Shown here: piece by piece, positions 33,857-44,670 of the stretch | Numbering within the stretch: the first letter of the stretch is position 1 | Layout: every line of letters starts with the position of its first letter | NCBI GenBank assembly: GCA_963846375.1 | Contig: CAWJVV010000025.1 | Coordinates: forward strand, 94,689-158,688 | Direction of reading: 5' to 3' | Length of the DNA stretch: 64,000 bases | Source of the DNA: an uncultured Acidobacteriota bacterium | GTDB lineage: Bacteria; Acidobacteriota; Terriglobia; Terriglobales; Acidobacteriaceae | Notes under the pieces: generated by a model | Seen by the model: only the letters and a program-made list of their open reading frames with translations | Database searches by the model: none | Told to the model about the DNA's origin: nothing | Translations under genes and position numbers: made by a program

Positions 33857-33872
33857 GGTGATTTAGATCACA
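33857..33872. promoter_or_regulatory. CRP/FNR-family-like site
   Basis: GGTGA-TTTAGA-TCACA versus consensus TGTGA-N6-TCACA. Confidence 0.4.
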
Positions 33873-34026
33873 CTCGCTCTCCAACGTGCATGCATCCTCA
33901 TGAGCACAATAGATTTATCCGTTTTTTTTATTGCACACACTCAGCCTCAGAATTGGGGCAGTTGGTGGGCCGCGGCTCGGGAACCTTCGTGTGGCATCCG
34001 ATGCCCGGAAGCACCACCCTGAGGAC

Positions 34027-34094
34027 CTGGAAAATCCATTTTCCAGAGGGTTTCTGGTGAAAGAAAATAATTGAATTTTCTGGTAACGGTCCCA
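34027..34094. promoter_or_regulatory. Palindromic operator-like sites upstream of the GH44 gene
   Basis: CTGGAAAAT-CC-ATTTTCCAG (34027-34046); LacI-like TGGTAACGGTCCCA (34081-34094). Confidence 0.45.
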
Positions 34095-34194
34095 CGTTCT
34101 TGTGTAATATGAACCCGATTTCAAAAAAGACCGCAGATTGTTTCCGTACCGGAGGGGGTCCCCGGCGAAGAGCGGCGGCCAGTGGGGAAGTGGC

Positions 34195-36306
34195 ATGCAG
34201 TTTTTTGGAAGGCTTGTGACGTTTGTTGCAGCGAGCGGCTGCATCATGGTGGCAGCCGCGTGCGGAGGAGGCAGTGGTGGGGGAAACACGACGCCTCCTC
34301 CCAACAATCCAGCGGTGAGCAGCGTTTCGGTGTCGCCGAACCCGGCGCCCACCCTGACGATTGGCGGGACCCAGCAGTTTTCAGCGACGGTTTCCGGTTC
34401 CGCTGTTACCGACAACACCGTGACCTGGAGCGTGACGCCGCCCACGGGGAGCGCGCTGAGTGCCGGCACTATTTCCAAGACAGGACTGTTCACCACGCCG
34501 TATCCGGCTCCGGCGACGGTGACGGTGACGGCTACCAGCAACCAGGACACGACGGTTTCCGGTTCGTTGACGGTGACGCTGAGTTCTCCCGCGGCCGCCA
34601 GTGGGCCGGCGTTGACGGTGGACGTGGCGAACCAGACGCATGCCATCAATCCGTACATCTACGGGTGGAATGCCTGGCAGCTGGTGTCCTCGGCGGCCAA
34701 GAATGCGAACATCGGGATCGACCGGTGGGGCGGCGATGCCACGTCGCGCTACAACTACACGCTCGATGCGACAAGTTCGGCGAGCGACTGGTACTTCGAA
34801 AACCAGAGCGGACTGCCGGGAGGCACGCAGGTCAATTCCAGCTTTAATGCCCAAGTGACGGCGGACCAGGGCATTGGAGCGCGGACGATTGGAACGCTGC
34901 CGGTGAACGGCTGGGTGGCCAAGGACACGACATCGTGCAGTTTTCCGGTGGCCACTTATCCGGGTCAGCAGGCGGTGGACAATGGGCGAGGATGCGGAAA
35001 CGGCGAGTACGCGGCAGGGCAGGGATCGCCTGCGTGCGTTCCCTCTTCGGGATCGACTACCTGCAACATCACCGGCAACGATCCGACGCTAACGAGCACG
35101 AAGATCGATGTGGGAGCCTGGGCGGGGAACTGGGTAACGTTTCTGGTGGGCAAGTTTGGCACCGCGGCCAACGGTGGGGTGGCGGTGTACGACCTGGATA
35201 ACGAGCCGAGCTGGTGGGACGCGGTGCATCGCGATGTGCATCCGTCGCCGTTTACCTATGATGAGGTGACCACTAACGGGATCGCGGTGGCCAAGGCGGT
35301 GAAGGCTGCCGATCCGACGGCCGAAGTGAGCGGGCCAGTCATCGATTTCTGGTGGGCCTATTTCTACTCAAAAAAGGACATTGAGTCGGGCTGGGGATCG
35401 GGGCCGTGCTACCAGCCGTGGCAGAACCCTGTGGACCGCAACACGCATGGCGGCGTTCCCCTGATTGAGTACTACCTGCAGCAGTTTGCCACGGCTTCGC
35501 AGACCGCAAGCACGCGGCTGTTGGATTATGTGGACGTGCATGCGTACTTCGGGTACGACGGGAGCACCAATCTTGCGTTCAGCACGGCCGGCGATACGGG
35601 GGTGCAGCAGGCGCGGTTGAACTCGACCCGGGTGTTGTGGGATCCCACGTATATGGATCCCAATTTCCAGCAGCCGAATTACACCACCGACTCCAACTAC
35701 ACCTCGAGTTGCAACGTGCCGGAACAGGCTGCGGAAGTCATCCCGATGATGCGGAACTGGGCGGCGAAAGACTATCCCGGGACCAAGCTGGCGATCACCG
35801 AATACAACTGGGGCGGGCTGGAACACATCAACGGCGCGCTGGCGCAGGCGGACATTCTGGGAATCTTTGGGCGCGAGGGGCTGGATATCGGGACGTTGTG
35901 GGGACCGCCGGATCCGACAAAATCGCAGACGCCGGGGTTGATGGCCTTTGAGGTTTTCCGCAACTACGACGGCAGCAATCACATGTTCGGCGATATGGCG
36001 ATCTCGTCGGTCAGCGCCGATCAGGGCAAACTCTCGGTGTACGGGGCTGTGCGCACCAAGGACAACATGATCACGCTGGTTGTGATCAACAAGACCTATG
36101 GCGATTTGACGTCGACGTTGTCGGTGAACAACCTGCCAGCAGCAGTGACGTCGGCGCAGGCATTCCTGTACAGCAACGCGAATCTGTCCGCGATTGTGGC
36201 GCAGCCGAATGTGACGGTGACGCCGCCTTCGGGATCGAGTACGGCGAGCACGATCAGCACGACATTCCCGGCGCAGTCGATCACATTGCTGGTGATGCCG
36301 AATTAA
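34195..36306 (+). CDS. Glycoside hydrolase family 44 lipoprotein with N-terminal Ig-like domain
   Basis: Lipobox AAAC-GGG; INPYIYG, RWGG...SRYN, LDNEP..W..VHRDVHP, RLLDY.DVH and LAITEYNWG motifs. Confidence 0.88.
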   Translation: MQFFGRLVTFVAASGCIMVAAACGGGSGGGNTTPPPNNPAVSSVSVSPNPAPTLTIGGTQQFSATVSGSAVTDNTVTWSVTPPTGSALSAGTISKTGLFTTPYPAPATVTVTATSNQDTTVSGSLTVTLSSPAAASGPALTVDVANQTHAINPYIYGWNAWQLVSSAAKNANIGIDRWGGDATSRYNYTLDATSSASDWYFENQSGLPGGTQVNSSFNAQVTADQGIGARTIGTLPVNGWVAKDTTSCSFPVATYPGQQAVDNGRGCGNGEYAAGQGSPACVPSSGSTTCNITGNDPTLTSTKIDVGAWAGNWVTFLVGKFGTAANGGVAVYDLDNEPSWWDAVHRDVHPSPFTYDEVTTNGIAVAKAVKAADPTAEVSGPVIDFWWAYFYSKKDIESGWGSGPCYQPWQNPVDRNTHGGVPLIEYYLQQFATASQTASTRLLDYVDVHAYFGYDGSTNLAFSTAGDTGVQQARLNSTRVLWDPTYMDPNFQQPNYTTDSNYTSSCNVPEQAAEVIPMMRNWAAKDYPGTKLAITEYNWGGLEHINGALAQADILGIFGREGLDIGTLWGPPDPTKSQTPGLMAFEVFRNYDGSNHMFGDMAISSVSADQGKLSVYGAVRTKDNMITLVVINKTYGDLTSTLSVNNLPAAVTSAQAFLYSNANLSAIVAQPNVTVTPPSGSSTASTISTTFPAQSITLLVMPN

Positions 36307-36342
36307 AGGCAGACAACAGGTAACAGACAACAGGTATCAGAC

Positions 36343-36374
36343 AGAGGCCGCTCGCGGAGCGGCCTCTTCATTTT
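36343..36374 (+). terminator. Intrinsic terminator, preceded by a short 7/14-bp tandem repeat (36310-36344)
   Basis: AGAGGCCGCTC-GCG-GAGCGGCCTCT followed by TCATTTT. Confidence 0.75.
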
Positions 36375-36487
36375 GTGGCGAAGATAGCGCGGTCCGGGTG
36401 GACGGAGGCCGGCCGGTATACTGAAGTGTTTTGAATGCTGCGCGGCGCACGAGGCTCTAAGGCATCGGCGCGAAGGAGACGGATCGC

Positions 36488-37366
36488 TTGGGTGAGGATT
36501 TGGGTCGGGCGGAGATCGGCATCATCGGCGGCAGCGGGCTGTACTCCATGCCCGGATTCACCAACATCACGGAAGAGCGGGTGGAGACACCGTTCGGCGA
36601 GCCTTCCGACGCATTTGTGCTGGGGGAGCTGGCGGGGCGCAAGGTGGCGTTTCTGGCGCGGCATGGGCGCGGGCATCGCATATTGCCGTCGGAGCTGAAT
36701 TTTCGCGCCAACATTTATGCGTTCAAAAAGCTCGGTGTGGAGCGGATTCTTTCCATGTCGGCGGTGGGGTCGCTGAAGGAAGAGCACAAGCCCACCGAGT
36801 TCGTGATCCCGGACCAGTTCATCGATCGTACCTTTCATCGCGTGTCCACGTTCTTTGGTGATGGGATTGTGGGGCATGTAGCCTTTGGCGATCCGGTGTG
36901 CGCCACGGTGGCCGCGGCAGCGGAGCGCGCGTGCAGGGCGGCCGAAGTCGTGGGCAAGCTGGGAGGGACCTACGTTTGCATGGAGGGTCCGCAGTTTTCC
37001 ACGCGGGCGGAGTCGAACCTGTATCGCAGCTGGGGCGCCGATGTGATCGGCATGACCAATCTACAGGAGGCCAAGCTGGCGCGTGAGGCGGAGATCTGCT
37101 ATGCGACCGTGGCGATGGTGACCGATTACGACTGCTGGCGCGAGGGACACGACGCGGTGACGATCGAGGAGATCGTGGCGGTGCTGCATCAAAATGCATC
37201 CAATGCATGCAAGGTGGTAAAGGAAGCTGTTGAGGCAATGCCCGCGGAACGCACGTGCGCATGCGCCTCAGCGGCGAAGTACGCGGTGCTCACGCAGCCG
37301 GATGCGATTCCAGCGGCCGCGAAGGAACGGCTGAAGCTGCTGTTCGGTAAGTATATGGGCTGGTAG
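36488..37366 (+). CDS. mtnP: S-methyl-5'-thioadenosine phosphorylase
   Basis: IGIIGGSG, TPFGEPS, LARHG, EGPQFSTRAES and VTDYDCW motifs. Confidence 0.93.
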   Translation: MGEDLGRAEIGIIGGSGLYSMPGFTNITEERVETPFGEPSDAFVLGELAGRKVAFLARHGRGHRILPSELNFRANIYAFKKLGVERILSMSAVGSLKEEHKPTEFVIPDQFIDRTFHRVSTFFGDGIVGHVAFGDPVCATVAAAAERACRAAEVVGKLGGTYVCMEGPQFSTRAESNLYRSWGADVIGMTNLQEAKLAREAEICYATVAMVTDYDCWREGHDAVTIEEIVAVLHQNASNACKVVKEAVEAMPAERTCACASAAKYAVLTQPDAIPAAAKERLKLLFGKYMGW

Positions 37367-37438
37367 CGTGCAGGCAAGTCAGCGAGCCAGCAGGTCAGCG
37401 AGTCAGCGACAATCCTCAAAACCAAACAAAGGAACAGA

Positions 37439-38362
37439 ATGGCGATTACGGTAGTTGGAAGTGTGGCATTTGATTCGATTGAGACGCCCGCGGGACGCAG
37501 AGAGAGGTGCCTGGGCGGTGCGGCAACCTACTTTGCATTGGCAGCGAGCTATTTTACCGACGTGCGCGTGATCGCTGTGGTGGGCGAGGACTTTGGCGCA
37601 GCGGAACAGGCAGTCTTCGAGAAGCACGGGATTGACACGCGAGGCATTGAGCGGGCGGCGGGGAAGAGCTTCTTCTGGGAAGGCTCGTACCTGGAAAACC
37701 TGAACGAGGCGAAGACGCACAACACGGAGCTCAACGTGTTTGGCGCGTTCGAGCCGAAGATCCCGGATGCGTATCGCGACTCCGAGTTCCTGTTTCTTGC
37801 GAATATCGATCCGGTGCTGCAGCGGCGGGTTCGCGAGGCCATGCCGGGCGTGAAGCTGGTGGCGGGCGACACCATGAATTACTGGATCAAGGACCACAAG
37901 GCGGCGTTGCTCGAAGTGCTGCGCGGTCTGGATATACTGCTGATCAACGACACGGAAACCAAGATGCTTGCCGGCAACAACAACCTGGTGAAGGCGGCCA
38001 ACGCGGTGCTGGCGATGGGTCCGCGCATGCTGGTTGTGAAGCACGGCGAGTACGGCGCGACGGCGTTTTACGGGCACACCAAGGATGCGATTGGGGCCAA
38101 GACGTTTCGTGCGCCGGCGCTGCCGCTGGAAGAGGTGGTGGACCCGACGGGCGCGGGCGACAGTTTTGCCGGGGGTTTCTTTGGTTATCTGGCGTCGCAG
38201 AAGGAACTGACTCCCGGAGTGTTCCGGCGGGCCATGTTCTACGGCAGCGTGATGGGTTCGTTTGCCGTGGAGCGCTTTGGCACGGAGCGCACACAGAACC
38301 TGACGCGCGATGAGATCGACGCGCGCTTCGAGCAATTCCGCGAGCTGACGCACCTTGATTGA
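37439..38362 (+). CDS. PfkB family carbohydrate/nucleoside kinase
   Basis: VVGSVAFD and DPTGAGDSFAGG motifs. Confidence 0.92.
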   Translation: MAITVVGSVAFDSIETPAGRRERCLGGAATYFALAASYFTDVRVIAVVGEDFGAAEQAVFEKHGIDTRGIERAAGKSFFWEGSYLENLNEAKTHNTELNVFGAFEPKIPDAYRDSEFLFLANIDPVLQRRVREAMPGVKLVAGDTMNYWIKDHKAALLEVLRGLDILLINDTETKMLAGNNNLVKAANAVLAMGPRMLVVKHGEYGATAFYGHTKDAIGAKTFRAPALPLEEVVDPTGAGDSFAGGFFGYLASQKELTPGVFRRAMFYGSVMGSFAVERFGTERTQNLTRDEIDARFEQFRELTHLD

Positions 38363-39989
38363 GGATGGGATGAGCCGCCGCGAGAGGCTGATTGCACTGG
38401 CCTGCTGCGCGGCGGCATCTCTGGCTGCTATTGCGTGGAGCTGGACGAACCACGCGATGCTCAACTACGGCGACGCGGTGGCGCATCTGCACATTGCGCG
38501 GCGGGTGATCGATTCGCATTTCCCGGGCTACTCGCAATTGGGGTCGGTGTGGCTGCCGCTGCCGCACGTGTTGATGATTCCGTTTGTGGCCGTGTACGCA
38601 TGGTGGGCCAACGGGCTCGCTGGGCTGATTCCTTCGGCGCTGGCGTGGCTTGCGTCGTGCTACGGACTGTACCGGCTTGCACGGAGATGGCTGGGGCCGG
38701 CGCCAGCGTCCATCGCGCTGGCGTTTTTTGCGTTCAATCCCAACCTGCTGTACATGCAGACCACGGCCATGACCGAGCCGCTGTTTGTATGCGAGATGGT
38801 GTGGACGGCACGGTGGCTGGTGGAGTGGCGGGCGACCCTCGATGAGCCAAAGGGGGAAAATAGGAGTGCGCTACTGCTGTGGCTGATTGCGCTGGTGCTG
38901 GTGTCCGCGGTCTTTACCCGCTACGACGGCTGGATTATGGCGCTGCTGGCGTGGACCGCGATGGGCATTGTGCTTCTGCGACGGCGACGGCTTGGTTCTC
39001 GCACCTTCTGGCTGGCGAGCGTGTTGGTCGTGGCTGCGCCGCTAATCTGGTTTGGGTACAACGCGCATGTCTTCGGCGACTGGCTCGCTTTCGCGCGGGG
39101 ACCTTACTCTGCGGCCGCCATCGAGGAGCGAACGGCGGGTCAGGGCAATGGACCACCTCATCCCGGATGGCACGATCCGAGGGTGTCGCTGCTCTTTTTT
39201 GTGAAGGCGGCGGAGATGGCCGCGGCTACGGTGGCGTGGGGAAACAAGCTGCTGGGGACCAGTGTGCTCGGCGTCGTTTGGGGATGGCTGATCGCGCGCC
39301 GTCGCGGCTTTGCGTGGACCTTGATTCTGTGGCTGCCGGTACCGTTTTATGCCTATTCAGTGGCCTTTGGTTCGGTGCCGATCTTTCTGCCGGTTTGGTG
39401 GCCGCACTCGTACTACAACACGCGATATGGATTGGAGCTGATGCCGGCTTTCGCACTGGGGGTGGGATTTGCGACTGCGTTTGTGCTGGCGGCTACGCGC
39501 GAGTTCAAGCCGCGGGCGGTGCATGCGGTGGTTGGCATTCTGGGTGGGATTGTCGTGATCAACGCAGCGGAGATGCTGCATGAACGGCCGGTTGTTTATG
39601 TCGAGGGCACCAAGAATATTGAGTCGCGGCGAGCATTCGAGGAACGGATTCCGCCGATGCTGCGCGAGGTGATGGCGCATCGCCCGGGTGGCCAGGTACT
39701 GATGAATACCTCGGTTTATCCGCAGATTGTGGCGTCAAGCGGCATTCCGCTGCGGCAGACGATTAATGAGGGCGACCAGGTGCTGTATACGGATGCGCTG
39801 GCCGCGCCGGCGACACATGCGGCCGCGGTGCTCGCCTTCGATGGCGATCAGATCGACGTCGCGGTGAAGGCGCATCCACAGGGTCTGCACATGGTGGGAA
39901 GGTTCACGTCGGACCGGCAGCCAGCCGGTACACTTTACGTCTCCGATACCTGGCAGGAGCAATCAAGCGGGACCTCGTCCGCGCGATGA
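38355..39989 (+). CDS. GT-C superfamily membrane glycosyltransferase
   Basis: YGDAVAHLHIARR, VWLPLPH, MTEP and TRYDGW motifs; multi-TM. Confidence 0.72.
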   Translation: MIEDGMSRRERLIALACCAAASLAAIAWSWTNHAMLNYGDAVAHLHIARRVIDSHFPGYSQLGSVWLPLPHVLMIPFVAVYAWWANGLAGLIPSALAWLASCYGLYRLARRWLGPAPASIALAFFAFNPNLLYMQTTAMTEPLFVCEMVWTARWLVEWRATLDEPKGENRSALLLWLIALVLVSAVFTRYDGWIMALLAWTAMGIVLLRRRRLGSRTFWLASVLVVAAPLIWFGYNAHVFGDWLAFARGPYSAAAIEERTAGQGNGPPHPGWHDPRVSLLFFVKAAEMAAATVAWGNKLLGTSVLGVVWGWLIARRRGFAWTLILWLPVPFYAYSVAFGSVPIFLPVWWPHSYYNTRYGLELMPAFALGVGFATAFVLAATREFKPRAVHAVVGILGGIVVINAAEMLHERPVVYVEGTKNIESRRAFEERIPPMLREVMAHRPGGQVLMNTSVYPQIVASSGIPLRQTINEGDQVLYTDALAAPATHAAAVLAFDGDQIDVAVKAHPQGLHMVGRFTSDRQPAGTLYVSDTWQEQSSGTSSAR

Positions 39990-40732
39990 TAGCATCGGGC
40001 AAGGAAATGCTCATGATCGTGATGATGGCACAGTTTGCACAGCCGTTCAGCTTCACCTGGTTGCAACAGCAATCGGTGGTGAATGGGGCTGTTGGCCGGC
40101 TCTTTTTCGCCTGCCTGATGGGTGGACTCATCGGGGTTGAACGTGAGTTGAAGCGCAAATCGGCGGGGGTGCGGACCAATATCTTGATCTGCCTCGGAGC
40201 CGCCTTTTTCACCCTACTGTCTGCAGTGCTGGCGGGCGATGCCAACCCCGACAAGGGGCGCGTGGCATCGAACATTGTGCAGGGCATCGGCTTTTTAGGC
40301 GCCGGACTCATTCTGCACAACCGCAGCCGCGTCAGCGGGCTCACCAGCGCGGCCAGCGTGTTTGTGGTTGCATCGATCGGGATGGCATGCGGTGCCGGGC
40401 TTTATTGGGCAGCCGCCGTAGCCACGTTCATAAGCATCTTCGCGCTGGAGGTGGTGGGATTTCTGGAGCGGAAGGCGAGTATCAAGGGCTACTCGCTGGT
40501 ATACGAAGCACGGGGACGCGATCAAACCGTGATGCTTAAGTCGATTCTCGATGCAATGGACAAGTGCAACGAGCGTTTGGCATGCGTGGAGCGCGATGCG
40601 ATCGGCGAGCTGCAGCGCGTGAGCTTTACGGTGGTAGCCACCAGGAGAGAACACGAGCGGCTGCATCAGCGACTGCTTGCCGAGCCGGCGATCGACGCCT
40701 TGTTTAACTTTCGCGACCTGGAGGAAGATTGA
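39986..40732 (+). CDS. MgtC/SapB family protein
   Basis: IGVERE..KSAGVRT, IVQGIGFLGAG and GLTSAA motifs. Confidence 0.9.
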   Translation: MIASGKEMLMIVMMAQFAQPFSFTWLQQQSVVNGAVGRLFFACLMGGLIGVERELKRKSAGVRTNILICLGAAFFTLLSAVLAGDANPDKGRVASNIVQGIGFLGAGLILHNRSRVSGLTSAASVFVVASIGMACGAGLYWAAAVATFISIFALEVVGFLERKASIKGYSLVYEARGRDQTVMLKSILDAMDKCNERLACVERDAIGELQRVSFTVVATRREHERLHQRLLAEPAIDALFNFRDLEED

Positions 40733-41546
40733 TTTCGTTCACCAAGGCGCATGCCTGCGGCAACGACTTTTTGGTTGTGACGGAAGACGCGGCCGCAGGA
40801 CACGAGTGGGCTGCCCTCACGCGCCGGCTGTGCGCGCGCAACACGGGCGTGGGCGCGGATGGGATCGAGTTTTTTGCGTGGACGGGCCTGCGCTCGGGGC
40901 GCATTCGGCTGCACAATTCCGATGGCTCCATTGCGGAGATCAGCGGCAACGGCACGCGCTGCGTGGCCGCATGGATGGCGAGGAACGCAACGCGCAGCCA
41001 GGCGATGTGCTTGAGATCGAGACCGACGCGGGGCTGCGCGTGTGCCGCATCAACGCCGTGCATGCCGGAACTGAGTTCAGCGTCGAGGTGACCACGAGCA
41101 TGGATGTGCCCCAGTTGGCGCCCCGCATCGTGACGATTCCGGGCGGCGTGCAGGTGTCAGGCGTACAGGTGTCCGTCGGCAACCCGCACTTTGTAGTTGT
41201 GGTGGACAACGCCGACTTCACGGTTGACCGTCAGAAGTGGCAGAGCATCGGGCAGCAGATCTGCGGCCACCCCGATTTTCCCCATCAGACCAACGTGGAA
41301 TTCGTGCGCGTCCTGAGCCCACAGGAGATTGAGATCCGCATCTTCGAGCGCGGTGTGGGGCCAACCAATTCGTCGGGCACGGGCACATCGGCCAGTGCCG
41401 CGGCTGCAATCGCCATGCAGGGGTGCACGTCGCCTCTGCGCGTGATTGCACCGGGCGGGGCACAGAGTGTGGAATGGCCGGGGCCTGGACGGGAACTGCA
41501 GCTGACCGGGCCCGCGGCCCTGATTGCGCGCGGCGAAGCGTGGTAA
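40729..41546 (+). CDS. dapF: Diaminopimelate epimerase (frameshift near 40990)
   Basis: KAHACGNDF, GADG, NSDGS..EISGNG, GNPH, NVEF and FERGVG.T.SSGTG motifs. Confidence 0.88.
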
Positions 41547-41548
41547 CG

Positions 41549-42507
41549 ATGGCGACTCATCCGGTGTTGATGAAGCTGCCTGCGATCGAGCCCGGTGCAG
41601 GCATCGGCGTGGTGGCGCCGGCGTCGTTCGCTCGGCCGGAGCGGAGTGAGGATGGGACGGCGCGTCTGCGGGCATTGGGGTTCGCACCGCGGTTCATGCC
41701 CAACGCCATGGCGCGCGGTCCGCTGTTTTTCGCAGGCACGCCGGAGCAGCGCATCGCGGATCTGCATGCGGCTTTTGCCGATCCTGCGTCGCACGTGGTG
41801 ATGTCGTTGCGTGGCGGATACGGGTCGAACCACTTTTGCGGCACGTGGATCTCGATTTAATACGCGCGCATCCCAAGCCGTTTTTCGCCTACAGCGATCT
41901 GACGGGGTTGCAGCTGCACCTGCTCGATCGCCTGGGGCTGCCGGCCTTTCACGGACCCATGCTGGCTGCGGATTTCTTTTTGGAAGACGGCGTACATCTC
42001 GACAGCTTTTACGCGGCATTGGCCGGCACAGCGTATGAGGTGAGTCCGGAGCAGGGACTGCGCGTGATCAAGCCAGGCGAGGCGCGCGGCACGTTGTATG
42101 GCGGATGCCTGAGCATCCTGGTGTCGCTGCTGGGTACGCCGTGGGAGCCTGACACGACCAACAGACTTTTGTTCATTGAAGATGTGGGTGCGAAGCCGTA
42201 CCAGATCGACCGCATGCTGTGGCAATTGGGCGCGGCGGGGAAAATGGAAGGCATCAAGGGCATTGTGTTCGGCGAGATGCTTGACTGCGCGTCTCCAGGC
42301 GCAGAGCCGGATCTGCTTGAGAAGGTCATCACAAGCGCACTGGCTGATTTCGACGGGCCCATTGCAATTGGGCTGCGCAGCGGGCACGTCTCGCGTGGCA
42401 ATGTGACGCTGACTTTCGGTGTGGAAGCGGAGTTGCGCGCCGGCGATGAGGCGTACTTGAAGATCGGCGCCAGAAATGCGGAAGAGATCTTACAGGAGCG
42501 GCAGTGA
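41549..42507 (+). CDS. ldcA: LD-carboxypeptidase (S66), frameshift near 41835
   Basis: VAPAS, RGGYGS, YSDLT, FHGPM, FIED and SGH motifs. Confidence 0.88.
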
Positions 42508-43942
42508 AGAAGGGCAAGCACATTCATCTGAGCGGTATCTGCGGAACGGCGATGGCTTCGCTTGCCGGATTGCTGCAGCTGGAGGGACATCGCGTTACGG
42601 GATCGGACAAGGCTGCGTATCCGCCGATGAGCGATCTGCTGCGGGAGGAGTTGGGAATCGCGGTGATGGAGCCGTATGCAGAGACGAATCTTGAGCCGGC
42701 GCCGGACCTGATTGTGATCGGAAACGCGCTTTCGCGCGGCAATCCGGAGATTGAGCGGGCACTGGACGCGCGCATTCCGTTCACGTCCATGGCGGCATTG
42801 CTGCGCGAGGAGTTTCTTGTCGGGCGCACGTCGCTGGTGGTGGCGGGGACGCACGGCAAGACCACGACGACCAGCATGCTGGCGTGGATCTACCAGGTGG
42901 CGGCGCGCGGAGAATCCGCAATTTGAGCCGTCGTTTTTGATCGGCGGTGTTGCGGAGAATTTTGGTTCCAGCTTTCAGCTTCGGCCTACGCGCAACTTTA
43001 TTGTCGAGGGCGACGAATACGACACGGCGTTCTTCGACAAAGGGCCGAAGTTCCTGCATTATTTTCCCGACTCGTTGATCCTGACGCATGTTGAGTTCGA
43101 TCATGCCGATATCTATGCTGATCTCACTGCGGTGAAGACGGCGTTCAAGCGTCTTGTGAACCTTGTTCCGCGGCGCGGCGTAATTGTGGCCTTTGATGGA
43201 AGCGCCAATGTGAGCGAGTGCGTGGAGCGCGCATTCTGCCGCGTGGAGCGGTATGGATTCAGCGACGAGGCGACCTGGCGGCTTCGTGAACCTGAGGCAT
43301 GAGGACGGGCTTACGCGCTGGGATGTGCTGCACGATGGATCGCTGTGGGCTTCGCTGGAGATGAGCTTGGCGGGCGAGCACAACGCGCTGAATGCCACGG
43401 CCGCGGCGGCGCTGGCAGTGAGCCAGGGAATTTCGAAGGAAGCAATCACGGCGGCGCTGGCAGACTTCAAGAGCGTGAAGCGGCGGCTTGAGGTGCGCGC
43501 GGTGATCGGCGGCATCACCATCATCGACGACTTTGCTCACCATCCTACGGCAATTCGCGAGACGCTGAAGGCGCTGCGCTCGGTATATCCAGGCGCGCGG
43601 TTATGGGCGGTGCTGGAGCCGCGTTCGAACACGCTGCGGAGAAGGGTGTTGGCCCGCGACCTGATCGGGAGCCTGCAACTGGCGGATCATGTGATGATGG
43701 CCGGCGTGTACCAGCAGGAGCGCATTCCGGAGGACGAGCGTCTTCACCCGGACGACGTGGTGAAGGCGTTAAATGCCGCGGGAACACCAGCGCAACTCTC
43801 GCCCGATGTGCATGCCATCCTGGACGCGATGGTTCCACAGCTGCAGCACGGCGATGTGGTCGCCATTCTTTCCAATGGCGGTTTCGATGGCATCTATGAA
43901 AAACTGCCGGCGCGCCTTCGCGAGAAGTTCCCAGTGTCATGA
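42504..43942 (+). CDS. mpl: UDP-MurNAc:tripeptide ligase (2 frameshifts)
   Basis: GICGTAMASLA, YPPMS, GTHGKTTT, EGDEYDTAFFDK, DDFAHHPT, EPRSNT and SNGGF motifs. Confidence 0.93.
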
Positions 43943-44664
43943 TCGCCGCCCTGGTTCTGCTCGGCACCATTCTCGTCCTCGGAGCGCCCTTGGCTCTTGT
44001 CCTCATCCCCTGGGCCATGATTACGGGGAATGCGAACCCGCTCTACAACACGGCGCTGCGCATTGTGCGCCTGGCTTTACGGCTGGCGGGGATTCGCGTG
44101 ATTACACAGGGCGTGGGAAATGTCCCGCCGCATACCGCTTGCATCTTCATGTCGAATCACGTGTCGAATCTCGATCCGCCGGCATTGCTGCCGCGCATTC
44201 CCGGGCGGACTTCGGCATTCATCAAGCGCTCGCTCACCAAGATTCCGGTACTGGGCTACGGTCTCAAGCTCGGAGAGTTTGTGCCCGTCGATCGCGACGG
44301 GCGCGTGGAGAGCGCCGTTGAAAGTGTGAACGAGGCCAAGCGGGTACTGGAGAAGGGTCTGCACATTACTACATTTGTAGAAGGAACCCGCTCGAGCGAC
44401 GGCCGCCTGTTGCCCTTTAAGAAGGGGCCGTTTTACCTGGCGATGGAAGCGGGCGCACCCTGCGTGCCGGTTTCGATCCACGGCACCGAAGGCATGATGG
44501 CCAAAGGAAGTTTGCGCGTGATACCCGGGATCGCCTACATCACGTTTCACACTCCGCTCCATCCCAAGGATTTTGCGACCCGCGAAGAACTGATGCAGGG
44601 GATGCGGAGCGCAATTGCTTCGGGTCTTCCGGAGTGGATGCGCGGGGAGGAGTTGGTGGATTAA
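43939..44664 (+). CDS. plsC: 1-acyl-sn-glycerol-3-phosphate acyltransferase
   Basis: NHVSNLD, EGTRS and FKKG motifs. Confidence 0.88.
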   Translation: MIAALVLLGTILVLGAPLALVLIPWAMITGNANPLYNTALRIVRLALRLAGIRVITQGVGNVPPHTACIFMSNHVSNLDPPALLPRIPGRTSAFIKRSLTKIPVLGYGLKLGEFVPVDRDGRVESAVESVNEAKRVLEKGLHITTFVEGTRSSDGRLLPFKKGPFYLAMEAGAPCVPVSIHGTEGMMAKGSLRVIPGIAYITFHTPLHPKDFATREELMQGMRSAIASGLPEWMRGEELVD

Positions 44665-44670
44665 GGCCGG

